Shown one piece after another: positions 9,016 through 19,061 of a stretch of 28,507 nucleotides of DNA. The translations under genes were made by a program, and so were the position numbers. The stretch lies in NCBI GenBank assembly GCA_029564175.1, contig JAKQQL010000191.1, forward strand, positions 1 through 28,507. The letters run 5' to 3'. Numbering within the stretch: the stretch's first letter is position 1; the number at the start of each line of letters is the position of its first letter. The stretch comes from Candidatus Cloacimonadota bacterium. GTDB taxonomy: Bacteria > Cloacimonadota > Cloacimonadia > Cloacimonadales > WRIO01. The notes under the pieces were generated by a model. It ran no database searches, was not told the DNA's origin, and saw nothing but the letters and a program-made list of their open reading frames with translations.

Positions 9016-10092
9016 CTATATAATATCAAAATCCTTTAGATTTTTATACAATACCTGAATGATACCACTTACCAGATAAAGCAAGGGTAAAGCCAACAAC
9101 ATTCCAATAAAACCAAATGTCAGTCCACCTGCAATCGCTGTCAGAAATACATAAAGCGGATGGATTTCTATACCTTTGGACATTACCATTGGAAAAACAA
9201 TATTGTTGTCAATTATCTGGACTGCCCACATTCCTAAAATCGTATATACAACCATAGAAATTGGCCTCCCTGTTAACAGAACCGATAAGCTTGCGAATAA
9301 TGCTGCTGAGAAAGGACCCAGATAAGGAATAATGTTGAATAAACCAGCGATTAAGCCGATTAAAATGCCAAATTTAACACCAATCAGAGTTAGAACCAAA
9401 GCCGTCATGCCCCCAACTATTGACACTTCAATCAAAAGTGTTTTTAAGTATGTTATAATACTGCTATTTACTTGATTGATCAATATAATACTGATTTCAA
9501 AGTACCTGTTAGGAATGAGTTTAAAGATCTCTTTTTTAAAAAACTGAACATCTCTTAATATAAAAAAACTCATTACGGGTACAATCACAAAATAGGAAAA
9601 AAAACTTGCAATATCTTTAGAATAAAGTAAAATATAATTAGGGAGCTTTTTAACTGTTTGAGAAATAATAAATTGAAGATTAACAGTTAGCTTATCGAGC
9701 TCAATAAATGGAAACCATTTTATCAATGGCTGCATAACCCCTTCAATGTTTTTGACAAAGGGCAGTTCATTCAGATTATCAGGAGAAAGACTGATAAATT
9801 CATTAAACGCTGAAGTGATAGTAGAGCCCTGCCTGAGCATCAGAGGTAATAAAAAGTATATGATAAAGAATATTGATGAGAACAATAGCAAATAAAAGAG
9901 CAGAATTGAAAATGATCTTCTGATCCCCAGATTTTCAAATACAGTTACAACAGGATTTGCAAAGTATACAAAAATCAATGATAAAATAAAATATGAAAAT
10001 ATGCTTTTGTAAAGATAAAAAGCAACTCCTCCTATCAGCAGACAGAGTAAAATAAAACCAATTTTCATTAAATTAACTTGGGTCAAATTCAT
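9016..10092 (-). CDS. AI-2E (UPF0118/PerM) family transporter
   Basis: About 8 hydrophobic segments, NIIPYLGP, QIIDNNIVFP, IHP, GG.TFGFIGMLLALP; true start may be ATG 10068. Confidence 0.88.
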   Translation of the reverse strand: MNLTQVNLMKIGFILLCLLIGGVAFYLYKSIFSYFILSLIFVYFANPVVTVFENLGIRRSFSILLFYLLLFSSIFFIIYFLLPLMLRQGSTITSAFNEFISLSPDNLNELPFVKNIEGVMQPLIKWFPFIELDKLTVNLQFIISQTVKKLPNYILLYSKDIASFFSYFVIVPVMSFFILRDVQFFKKEIFKLIPNRYFEISIILINQVNSSIITYLKTLLIEVSIVGGMTALVLTLIGVKFGILIGLIAGLFNIIPYLGPFSAALFASLSVLLTGRPISMVVYTILGMWAVQIIDNNIVFPMVMSKGIEIHPLYVFLTAIAGGLTFGFIGMLLALPLLYLVSGIIQVLYKNLKDFDII

Positions 10093-10549
10093 TTTTTATC
10101 CATTTAAACAATTCACTTGAAATACTCTCGGCTAGTTTAAACAATAACTTGATGCCGGTACCTGGGTATTTACTGATAAATTTTACAAAATCATATTTGG
10201 AAATGGCATATAAGGTACAATCAGTGATGGCTTTCGCAGATGTGATGCGGGTACTTTCATTAAACATACCCACTTCACCAAAATGATGGTTTTCAGATAA
10301 AGTTGTATAAACAAATTTATTATCATTTTGATCAATGAATATTTCAATTTTTCCAGATATAATAAAGTAAAGAACAACATGTGGATAATTTTCTTTGTAA
10401 ATCATCTCTCCACTTTTAAAATGTCTTTCAATCATATATTTAGAGAGGTTTAACAGCTCAAGCTTGTTGAGATCTTTCAATAAAATCATGCCAGACAGCT
10501 GACTGATATCTGTCTTATTCTTAAAAAGGTTTTTAAAACAATTCAGCAT
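10073..10549 (-). CDS. Stand-alone cyclic nucleotide-binding domain protein
   Basis: LYFIISGKIEI, FGEVGMF....RITSAKA phosphate-binding cassette; no C-terminal HTH. Confidence 0.85.
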   Translation of the reverse strand: MLNCFKNLFKNKTDISQLSGMILLKDLNKLELLNLSKYMIERHFKSGEMIYKENYPHVVLYFIISGKIEIFIDQNDNKFVYTTLSENHHFGEVGMFNESTRITSAKAITDCTLYAISKYDFVKFISKYPGTGIKLLFKLAESISSELFKWIKNEFDPS

Positions 10550-10557
10550 GATGACTC

Positions 10558-11211
10558 CTAAGCACTCCAGCCTTCCTGACCGATAAGTGGTACAAACGTA
10601 CAGGGTGCCAGTTCTATTATTTCATTTTCATGTTCGTGTTTAATAAGTAAAATCACTTTTTGTTCGGTTGTATTTCCTACAGGGATAACTAAACGTCCTT
10701 CCAGCCTTAACTGATTTATTAAACTGACAGGAATATCCGGTGATCCGGCACATACTACAATTTTATCAAATTCTGTTTGAACTGGAATCGCTTTATCCCA
10801 TCCTTTTGTTCCATCTCCAATCCGGTAAAAGATATTGGTATAGTTTAAACTTCTTAATACTTTTCTGGCACTCATTGACAATTCTGAAAATCGTTCTACT
10901 GTATAGACTTCTTTACTTAGTTCAGCTAAGAGAGCTGTTTGATAACCAGAGCCCGTTCCAATCTCAAGTACGATATCATCCGACTTAATCTCAAGTAGCT
11001 GCATCATATATGCAATAATAAAGGGTTGGGATATTGTTTGCTTACAAGCAATTTGAAGGGGATGATCCTGATATGCATATTGTCTCCATTCATCTGGTAC
11101 AAAATTTTCTCTTGGCACTTTATCAAAAGCTTTTAAAAGCGCTTTATCATTTATCCCTCTAGAAATTAAGTTCTTTTCTATCATGATTTTACGTTGATCT
11201 TCAAATCTCAT
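10558..11211 (-). CDS. pcm: Protein-L-isoaspartate O-methyltransferase
   Basis: VPRENFVP, QTISQP, VLEIGTGSGYQTALLA, GRLVIPVG, FVPLIG; classic surE-pcm synteny. Confidence 0.96.
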   Translation of the reverse strand: MRFEDQRKIMIEKNLISRGINDKALLKAFDKVPRENFVPDEWRQYAYQDHPLQIACKQTISQPFIIAYMMQLLEIKSDDIVLEIGTGSGYQTALLAELSKEVYTVERFSELSMSARKVLRSLNYTNIFYRIGDGTKGWDKAIPVQTEFDKIVVCAGSPDIPVSLINQLRLEGRLVIPVGNTTEQKVILLIKHEHENEIIELAPCTFVPLIGQEGWSA

Positions 11212-11225
11212 TGTACTCTTACCTT

Positions 11226-12005
11226 TTAATTATTTAATTTCAAATGATCATGATTTTGTTCAAAAAAATCCTGATATATATCATGTTGTTCATAATCATT
11301 CAAGTCTATTTTCAGAGGTGAAACTGAAACATAATGATCTTCAATGGCAGCGCCATCCACATTTTCATGGAAATGATCCCAAACAGGTGTGTCACCACCA
11401 ATCCAGAAGATTTCACGATTACGATGATCTTTATGACAATGTATAATATTCTGGTAACGTCTGAATCCCGTTTTACATACTTTATATCCTTTGATTTTCT
11501 CGATTGGTAGGTTTGGTATGTTGATATTGATAATCTGGCGATATCCAATCAGTTTTGAAATATCTGAAGCAATTAGCTTTTCTAGTATGTTTGCGGCTGT
11601 TTCAAATATCTGATTTTCGTAACTGGTAATTGAAATAGCTATCGCTTTGTATCCCAAACACATTGCTTCGATCGCCACGCCTACTGTACCAGAATATAAG
11701 ACATCATCACCAATGTTCTGTCCGGCATTGATTCCTGAAATAACTAAATCAATTTTTTTATCTTTAAGTATATGTTCAAAAGCTACCAGAACGCAATCAA
11801 CAGGTGTACCTGAGACAGCCCAGCTTTTTTCACTGATTTGTTTTACCCGTAAAGGCTCACGAATTGTGATTGAGTGGGATGCAGCACTCCTTTCGTATAA
11901 GGGGGCCACCACATAAACATTATGCCCGTTTTTTTCAAGTACTTCAGCTAAAACTTGAATTCCTTTGCCTTCGATTCCATCATCATTACTTAATAATATA
12001 TTCAT
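11226..12005 (-). CDS. surE: 5'/3'-nucleotidase SurE
   Basis: ILLSNDDG, SAASHSIT, GTPVDCV, SGINAGQN, YSGTV, NINIP; SD AGGAG. Confidence 0.96.
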   Translation of the reverse strand: MNILLSNDDGIEGKGIQVLAEVLEKNGHNVYVVAPLYERSAASHSITIREPLRVKQISEKSWAVSGTPVDCVLVAFEHILKDKKIDLVISGINAGQNIGDDVLYSGTVGVAIEAMCLGYKAIAISITSYENQIFETAANILEKLIASDISKLIGYRQIININIPNLPIEKIKGYKVCKTGFRRYQNIIHCHKDHRNREIFWIGGDTPVWDHFHENVDGAAIEDHYVSVSPLKIDLNDYEQHDIYQDFFEQNHDHLKLNN

Positions 12006-12013
12006 TTATTCTC

Positions 12014-12700
12014 CTAAATATGTCTAAATATGACTTTTATGAAGTTCATTATATCTCTGAATGATCTGATATAACTGACTTCACCATTATAAATCGTAGC
12101 AATACTGACATAGTCAATCTTACAAAGATGATTACTCATTTTTAATATGATTTCAGTCTCATACTGGTATCTGTCAGAATGAATATGAAGATTTCGCAAT
12201 TTATCTAAACGATATAATCTGTATCCACATTGTGAATCATAAACTTTCTGACCAGAAATTAGACTTACTATTGCTGATGTAATACTATTTGACAAAATTC
12301 TCATAAAAGGCATTTTTCTGAAGGAAAAGTCTCTTTTGCCGATGAGTAAATCAGCCATCGTATAATTTTGCTTTCTAAAAAATCTGGGAATACTGTGAGG
12401 TGAATGCTGTAAATCACTGTCTATCGTAAATGCAAACTCAAAAGCATTTTGTATCGCATATTCAAAACCGGCTTTTAATGCGGCTCCTTTTCCTTTGTTC
12501 TTTTTAAAACTGATTAGTCTTACGCCTGCATTCTCACATAAGGCAGAAGACTGATCACTTGATCCGTCATCAACTGCAATTATTTGATTTAAAGGAATAT
12601 AGCTACTAATCTCTCTGAACAGTTGATCGAGATGTTCCATTGAATTGTAAATTGGTACAATTACCAGTGTATTATCTTTATTAGCAAAACTCATCTTCAT
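12014..12700 (-). CDS. Glycosyltransferase family 2 (DPM synthase-like)
   Basis: VIVPIYN, VDDGSSD, NKGKGAAL, DSDLQH, DSQCGYRLY, YETE. Confidence 0.9.
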   Translation of the reverse strand: MKMSFANKDNTLVIVPIYNSMEHLDQLFREISSYIPLNQIIAVDDGSSDQSSALCENAGVRLISFKKNKGKGAALKAGFEYAIQNAFEFAFTIDSDLQHSPHSIPRFFRKQNYTMADLLIGKRDFSFRKMPFMRILSNSITSAIVSLISGQKVYDSQCGYRLYRLDKLRNLHIHSDRYQYETEIILKMSNHLCKIDYVSIATIYNGEVSYIRSFRDIMNFIKVIFRHI

Positions 12701-12716
12701 CCTTAGACTTTTTTAC

Positions 12717-12746
12717 AAATTATCTTAGAGTATTTCTTTATGTCAA
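12717..12746 (-). promoter_or_regulatory. Putative sigma70 promoter of the GT2-surE operon
   Basis: Minus strand TTGACA followed after 16 nt by GATAAT (or after 18 nt by TAATTT). Confidence 0.4.
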
Positions 12747-12853
12747 GCCTTTTATCTCATTTTTTAAACTTATTGTTAAAAATCATCATTTAAAACCTTA
12801 TACTCCCCTTTTTTTCATAAAATCAGTTTTTTTATTTTCATGTTAGTCATTTT

Positions 12854-13435
12854 TTAACCTCCTCTTCCTTCAATGAGAGCGTAAGGATTAAAAGTACTAA
12901 CAATGTATGTGGGTTTTTGAATGATAGTTTCTGAATGATTTACTAAAATAGTGATGTTTTGATTAGAAATTTCTTTTTTGATAATCGTTTGATTTAACTG
13001 ATAGGCATTCTTTACAGCTCTAATAATCCCCTGCAAGATAAGAGAATGAATCGATGATAAAGAAAGAATATCTGAAATTGTTTGTTCTAACTTTAAATAA
13101 GATAGTGAATTAAGACTAAATTTTCTTATGATAGAGTGGCAAATCATTAAAAAAATGCTGTAAGCATTATTTCCTCTCTTTCTGAGTGATGGATATCTTT
13201 TTTTATATTGGTTAGCATATTTTTGGAGATCTCTTTTAGAACTCATACTAAGTTCAGACCATAGTCTATGTATGATTTGATTCATTTCTTTGATATACAA
13301 ATTCTGCATCTGTAGTGTGTAGTCATTGTATTTTCTTATAATACAAATCTTTCCGTTTCTATACCAGGCAAGGTGGGTATCTTGTATCTTTTTGGGGTAA
13401 TCATGTTTAACTGTCTTGTTGAATTTGATAATCAT
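12854..13435 (-). CDS. Hypothetical basic protein
   Basis: 193-aa ORF with SD AGAGAGG; K/R/Y-rich N-terminal half; no catalytic motif recognised. Confidence 0.65.
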   Translation of the reverse strand: MIIKFNKTVKHDYPKKIQDTHLAWYRNGKICIIRKYNDYTLQMQNLYIKEMNQIIHRLWSELSMSSKRDLQKYANQYKKRYPSLRKRGNNAYSIFLMICHSIIRKFSLNSLSYLKLEQTISDILSLSSIHSLILQGIIRAVKNAYQLNQTIIKKEISNQNITILVNHSETIIQKPTYIVSTFNPYALIEGRGG

Positions 13436-13684
13436 TCTTAACCTCTCTTTTTAATAAAATATATTAAAAACATATAAAAGCAAATTAAAAATCATATTAA
13501 AATCTTATCTATCCTGTTAAAAACAGTAGAGAATTATCTGGTCTTAGTCTTTATACAATTTAGAAAGCTTGAAAATGATAAGGCGAAACAAGGTGATGGA
13601 AAGTAAGATAAATAGAGATTTTTTTAAAACTGATACGGGCTGTTACGTTGATTAACAATCATTATTGTAAAACTTTTTGGAAAT

Positions 13685-13708
13685 AAAAAAGTCCTGCCGA
13701 GGCAGGAC
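13685..13708 (-). terminator. Intrinsic terminator
   Basis: GTCCTGCC-TC-GGCAGGAC followed by TTTTTT on the minus strand, about 20 nt after the stop at 13729. Confidence 0.88.
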
Positions 13709-13728
13709 AAATGTAGATTTGTGACTAA

Positions 13729-15048
13729 TTATTTGATTTTCATGATTTTACAGGTTTTTGATTCAGTAGCTGATTTGACTTTTACAAAGTAAATACCGGA
13801 GCTCAGATGCTCAGTATTGAAATTGACATTGTTTGATCTGTTTAAATTCATATTTTCTTCAGCAATTAAACGGCCTTTGATGTTGTAAAGCTGAACCTTT
13901 ACTTGTTTATCATTTGACTTTACAGTAATATTGGTATTGCCGTTGAATGGATTTGGATAAGCACTGATAGATATTGTAGAAGGTGCTATTACCTGGTTAT
14001 CGTTTGCAGTCGTGTAGTTGTAACGGTATCTGATATACTCTTGAAGTATATCATTATTTAATTCTTTATGAATCTGATAATCCATTTGTTGCGCATTAAC
14101 ATAAGCAAGCTGAACTTCAGAGAATGTCTGCCAATCGTTATTGATCCATTCTTGTTCTTGATTTAATGTGATATTCCAGTTTGTGTCATAAGCGTATAAT
14201 TCTTTTCCAAGATTTTCCCATTCACTACCATTTCAGGAATATGTCATTTCATTGTTAACTCTTGCTGTGCCAAAATTGTAGTTAAAACCGATTTGCATAT
14301 AGTTTGAGTTATCAACAATATTTTGGAATGTATCATAATTAGAGGTATCTGTTGGATCGTAAGTCATCACAGTTTTTTCATACTGAGTCCAACTGGAAGA
14401 GTCTGGTGATGAGTAAGCAATCATTTGAATCGCTCTGCCATTGGCATCATATTCAACAACACTCTTATCATACATTACTTCTTCAGTTTCTTCATCAATT
14501 TCAAAGTTAACCACTGAATGAACACGATTGTTTTCATAGACAAAATGTACTCTTGAACCAATGATCATTTCTCCAGTTTCCATGTCTGTTGCAGCCATAT
14601 ACATCATTGTCAAATGATTTTGATTGTTATACTGATAGTACATTGACATTAAAGCGATCCACAAAGGTTCTCCTTCAGGATCCATCATGTTAGCATTCAT
14701 TTCCATACTGATAATTGATATTTTTCCATTACTGTAAGTATAATGATATCTCATGAAAGGAATCAATACAGTCTCTTCTTCAATCTGGCCTAATCTGTTG
14801 TAAACGACATTAGCAACTTGATTGTTTTCATATTCATAAACATATTTTCCTACATAAGCCCATTCATTGTTGTCCATGTTGTCTTCATAAATACACATTG
14901 GGTTTTGCAGACGTGTGTTCTCAGCATTGATTTTGAAACTGTTGATTTGCTTAAAGATTTTCAATGCTTCTTCTTTCCCTGGTAATGGCATTGCCATTAG
15001 TGCGCTTGCGATCGCTATTACGATCAGAGTCAGTAATACTTTTTTCAT
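13729..15048 (-). pseudogene. Secreted T9SS/Por-CTD protein (439 codons) interrupted by one in-frame TGA at 14233-14235
   Basis: ORFs 14233..15048 and 13729..14085 share a frame and the 49 codons between them are open (TYS*NGSEWENLGKELYAYDTNWN...AQQMDYQ); N-terminal signal peptide and SD GGAGG; C-terminal YPNPFN..YNIKG..LSSGIYFVKV..KIMKIK. Confidence 0.85.
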
Positions 15049-15247
15049 TTTCTCCTCCGAACTTAATAAAAATCATTTTATAATAAATCAAGACAGTAAA
15101 TTTGTTAAGAAAAAAATAAAAATAAAAATAAAATTCTGTATTATATGCATTTAGACTTTAGTATAATCACACTGTAAACTGTAAGTTGATTGCAAGAATA
15201 ATGCTTGACTAATTACGTGTATATATAAAATGGTTTTAGGAGAGAAT

Positions 15248-16360
15248 ATGAAGATACATCTAATTGTTGGGGCCAGACCAAATTTTATGAAAATCGCCCC
15301 ACTGTATAGAGAATTTAAAAAGTATCCAAATCAGTTTACAGTAAGGTTAATACATACAGGCCAGCACTATGATGAACGAATGTCAAAAGTCTTTTTTACA
15401 GAATTAAATATGCCAGAACCAGACGTATATTTAGGGGTTGGCTCGGGTAGCCATGGCGTTCAGACTGCTAGAATTATGGAATCTTATGAATCTGTATTAT
15501 TGGAAGATAAACCCGATTGGATAGTCGTTGCAGGTGATGTAAACAGTACCTTAGCCTGTGCTCTGGATGCTGTGAAACTTCATATAAAAGTGGCTCATTT
15601 AGAAGCCGGATTGAGAAGCTTGGATCGTTCTATGCCTGAAGAAATCAACCGTTTGGCGACTGATGCGATCTCTGATTTATTACTGACCCCATCACTAGAC
15701 GGAAATATGCACTTACAAAATGAAGGTGTTTCTGAGGAGAAGATTAAATTTGTTGGCAACATCATGATTGACTCACTCGTTGAACAAAAATGCAAAGCCG
15801 AATCATCGGACATTTTAAAGCAACTCAATCAAAAACATCAAGCTGATATACAGAGAGAAAACTATTGTCTCATTACTTTGCACAGACCCTCTAATGTGGA
15901 TACGCCTGAAGGTTTGAAAGTGATTTTAGATGCTTTTGAAACAATATCTGAAAAACTGAAATTGATTTTTCCAATTCATCCTAGAACTCTTAAAAATATA
16001 GAGATATTTGGATTTCAAGCTCAGATTAAACGAATGAAAAACCTGATATTTACAGAACCGATTGGATATTATGACTTTATGCATCTACAGATGAATGCGA
16101 AGTTTATTTTGACTGATTCGGGTGGTATTCAGGAAGAAACGACTTATTTTGGCATTCCATGTCTGACTCTCAGAGAAAATACTGAAAGACCGATTACGAT
16201 CACAGAAGGCACGAATCAATTGGTTGAACTGAAAACAAATGAAATTGTCAAAAAAGCATTTGAAATTATTAATGGAAAAACGAAACAAGGCAGAATACCT
16301 GAATTTTGGGATGGAAAAACGGCAGAGAGAGTTGTCCGTTTGTTTAGAGATATCATCTGA
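15248..16360 (+). CDS. wecB: UDP-N-acetylglucosamine 2-epimerase (non-hydrolysing), paralog 1
   Basis: GARPNFMK, HTGQHYD, GDVNST, HLEAGLRS, PEEINR, TLHRPSNVD, TDSGGIQEE, LRENTERP; start at ATG 15248 after AGGAG. Confidence 0.93.
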   Translation: MKIHLIVGARPNFMKIAPLYREFKKYPNQFTVRLIHTGQHYDERMSKVFFTELNMPEPDVYLGVGSGSHGVQTARIMESYESVLLEDKPDWIVVAGDVNSTLACALDAVKLHIKVAHLEAGLRSLDRSMPEEINRLATDAISDLLLTPSLDGNMHLQNEGVSEEKIKFVGNIMIDSLVEQKCKAESSDILKQLNQKHQADIQRENYCLITLHRPSNVDTPEGLKVILDAFETISEKLKLIFPIHPRTLKNIEIFGFQAQIKRMKNLIFTEPIGYYDFMHLQMNAKFILTDSGGIQEETTYFGIPCLTLRENTERPITITEGTNQLVELKTNEIVKKAFEIINGKTKQGRIPEFWDGKTAERVVRLFRDII

Positions 16361-16394
16361 TTGTTTAAAAATTAAATAAGTTATAGGATAAATT

Positions 16395-17456
16395 ATGAAA
16401 CTTATCACTATTATTGGAGCAAGACCTCAGTTTATAAAGGCTGCAACCGTCAGCAGAAAGATAAAAGACTACCCAGAGATTGAAGAAATCATCTTACATA
16501 CAGGGCAACATTATGATAAGAACATCAATGAGATATTTTTTGAAGAATTGAATATACCAGAACCAAAATACAACCTCAATGTTGGATCGGGGCAACATGG
16601 CGCTCAGACAGCTAAAATGATCAGTCAGATCGAACAGATTCTGATGGATGAAAAACCAGATTGTGTTTTAGTTTACGGAGATACTAATTCAACGATTGCC
16701 GGTACGCTGGCTGCTGTCAAGATACATATCCCGGTTGCACATGTAGAAGCAGGACTTAGATCATTTAACCGCGCAATGCCAGAAGAAATCAATCGAATTG
16801 TTACTGATGCGGTTTCTGATATGTTGTTAGCACCTACCCAAAATGCAGTCGTTCAACTACAAAAAGAAGGCAGGGAAGCATTTACCTGGTTTACCGGAGA
16901 TGTGATGTATGACTCTGTAATATATTATAAATCCAAGATTTTAAAAAATGATAAACCGAAAGTGATTCAAGATATTGCTGACTATTATCTTTGTACAATA
17001 CACAGAGCAGAAAATACAGATAATCCGAATCACCTGAGATCTATATTTAAAGCCATCAGTTTAATGAATAAAACTGTTATTCTACCTTTACATCCCAGAA
17101 CAAAGCATATTTTGAAAAATCTTGAGATTGAAATACCTGATAATCTGAAAATCATTGAACCGGTCGGTTACATGGATATGCTGACTTTACTGTTACATAC
17201 AGAGAAGATGATTACTGATTCAGGTGGGGTACAAAAAGAAGCTTATTTCTTGCAAAAACCATGTATTACCCTGAGAAATGAAACTGAATGGATAGAAACG
17301 CTTGATCATAACTGGAATATTCTTTGTGGTACTGATACAGAGAAAATCATCCGTGCGATCAACGAAACATGCGGTGAGCAAAGCAATTTACAGGCATTTG
17401 GGGATGGAAATGCAGCAGAGAAAATCATCAAACTGATTTTGGAAAGAATTAAGTAA
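16395..17456 (+). CDS. wecB: UDP-N-acetylglucosamine 2-epimerase family, paralog 2 (possibly WbpI/WlbD-like)
   Basis: GARPQFIKAA.VSR, HTGQHYD, YGDTNST, HVEAGLRSFN, GDVMYD, HRAENTD, DSGGVQKEAY, ETEWIET. Confidence 0.9.
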   Translation: MKLITIIGARPQFIKAATVSRKIKDYPEIEEIILHTGQHYDKNINEIFFEELNIPEPKYNLNVGSGQHGAQTAKMISQIEQILMDEKPDCVLVYGDTNSTIAGTLAAVKIHIPVAHVEAGLRSFNRAMPEEINRIVTDAVSDMLLAPTQNAVVQLQKEGREAFTWFTGDVMYDSVIYYKSKILKNDKPKVIQDIADYYLCTIHRAENTDNPNHLRSIFKAISLMNKTVILPLHPRTKHILKNLEIEIPDNLKIIEPVGYMDMLTLLLHTEKMITDSGGVQKEAYFLQKPCITLRNETEWIETLDHNWNILCGTDTEKIIRAINETCGEQSNLQAFGDGNAAEKIIKLILERIK

Positions 17457-17464
17457 AAAGCCGT

Positions 17465-17490
17465 TTGACAAATATACGCTTTCATAAATA
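17465..17490 (+). promoter_or_regulatory. Possible sigma70 -35 element upstream of hutH
   Basis: Perfect TTGACA at 17465-17470; the -10 element is not clearly identifiable. Confidence 0.3.
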
Positions 17491-17521
17491 AATGAAAAAA
17501 ACACATAAAACAGGAGAGAAA

Positions 17522-19051
17522 ATGGAAAAAACCATTTATATTGACGGTAACTCATTGACCCTGGAGCAGGTTTATGAAGTTGCTTTTAACAGATGCAAGG
17601 TTCAGTTAACCGATGAAGCAATAGAAAAAGTGAATAAATGCCGTGATTATGTCGAAAAGGTCATAAACGAAGGTAAAATTGTGTATGGCTTAACTACTGG
17701 ATTCGGTAAGTTTGCCACGATTTCAATTGCAAAAGAAGATATAGAAGAATTACAGACCAATCTGATTTTAAGTCATGCAACAGCAGTTGGTAACTATTTA
17801 TCAATCGAAGAAACCAGAGCCATTCATTTATTGAGAGCCAATGTACTGGCTAAAGGTAATTCTGGAATCAGACTTTCTACATTACAGGCTTTGATTGATA
17901 TGCTGAATGCAGGGATTCATCCTTGTATCCCTGAAAAAGGGTCAGTAGGCGCAAGCGGTGATTTAGCACCCTTATCTCATCTGGCACTGGTTTTACTGGG
18001 TCATGGTAAAGCGGAATATCAGGGAGAAATTATTGATGGTGCTTTAGCGATGGAAAAAGCGGGTATCAAACCGGTTGTTTTGGCTGCAAAAGAAGGTCTG
18101 GCACTAAACAACGGTACCCAGGTAATGACAGGTATCATGGCAATTAATATCATCAAGGCGGAAAGATTGGCTAAAAGTGCCGATATCATCGCTGCAATGA
18201 GTGTTGATGCACTAACTGGTACACCTGCCGCTTATGATGAACTGGTTCACAAGGTCAGACCACATCATGGTCAGATGTGTTCTGCTTACAATATGCACGA
18301 ATTACTAAAAGACAGTCCACTCAGAAGATCTCACATTGATTGTAAGAATGTTCAGGATGCATACAGTTTACGTTGTACTCCTCAGGTCAATGGTGCTGTC
18401 AGAGATTCTCTGGCTTTTGTCAGACAGACACTTGAAGTGGAGATAAACTCGGCAACCGACAATCCATTGATTTTCCCAGATGATGATAAAGTTTTATCCG
18501 GTGGTAATTTCCATGGCGAACCTGTTGCGTTCTCTGCTGATATACTCGGTTTTACTGTTTCAGAATTGGGTAATATTTCAGAAAGAAGACAGGAACAAAT
18601 GTTTAACCCTGCTTTAAACAGAGGGCTAAATGCCTTTTTAGCACCAAGACCTGGTATTGATTCCGGTTTCATGATTGCACAGTTGACTTCAGCATCCTTA
18701 ATCTCTGAAAATAAAGTACTTGCCCATCCGGCATCTGTTGATTCAATCCCGACTTCAGCCAATCAGGAAGATCACGTGAGTATGGGTACCATTGGCGCTG
18801 TCAAGGCAAGAACCATTCTTAGTAATACAACTTATGTTCTTGGTATCGAACTGATGGCTGCCTGCCAGGCTCTGGAAAGCAGAGATTATGCGACTTCTGA
18901 ACCTTTACTGGCTTTAAAAAATGAATTCAGAAAGCTTGTAGCAATCATCGAAAAAGACAGAATCATCTATCCTGACATTGAAAATTCAAAAAGTTTTGTT
19001 GAATCTGGAAAAGTACTTGAAATCGTATCTCAATATATCAATTTAAAATAA
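17522..19051 (+). CDS. hutH: Histidine ammonia-lyase
   Basis: YGLTTGFG, LILSH (Ser-His specificity switch of HAL), GSVGASGDLAPL (MIO ASG), KEGLALNNGT, QDAYSLRC, GGNFHG, QEDHVSMG; start 17522 after AGGAG. Confidence 0.96.
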   Translation: MEKTIYIDGNSLTLEQVYEVAFNRCKVQLTDEAIEKVNKCRDYVEKVINEGKIVYGLTTGFGKFATISIAKEDIEELQTNLILSHATAVGNYLSIEETRAIHLLRANVLAKGNSGIRLSTLQALIDMLNAGIHPCIPEKGSVGASGDLAPLSHLALVLLGHGKAEYQGEIIDGALAMEKAGIKPVVLAAKEGLALNNGTQVMTGIMAINIIKAERLAKSADIIAAMSVDALTGTPAAYDELVHKVRPHHGQMCSAYNMHELLKDSPLRRSHIDCKNVQDAYSLRCTPQVNGAVRDSLAFVRQTLEVEINSATDNPLIFPDDDKVLSGGNFHGEPVAFSADILGFTVSELGNISERRQEQMFNPALNRGLNAFLAPRPGIDSGFMIAQLTSASLISENKVLAHPASVDSIPTSANQEDHVSMGTIGAVKARTILSNTTYVLGIELMAACQALESRDYATSEPLLALKNEFRKLVAIIEKDRIIYPDIENSKSFVESGKVLEIVSQYINLK

Positions 19052-19061
19052 ATGATAGATT

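Noticed and set aside
13575..13655. 26-codon plus-strand ORF MIRRNKVMESKINRDFFKTDTGCYVD
   Set aside because: No convincing SD and no recognisable motif; likely chance
13729..14085. Independent 118-aa CTD-only gene
   Set aside because: It has no SD or signal peptide and is the in-frame continuation of the upstream ORF
14233..14235. Selenocysteine codon or genome-wide TGA=Trp/Gly recoding
   Set aside because: The context predicts Trp rather than Cys, no SECIS-like hairpin is visible after the TGA, and TGA is the natural stop of several intact genes (e.g. truA, wecB paralog 1, GNAT)
15111..15133. (TAAAAA)n short tandem repeat in the divergent promoter region as a phase-variation tract
   Set aside because: Only about 3 units in very AT-rich DNA, which is expected by chance
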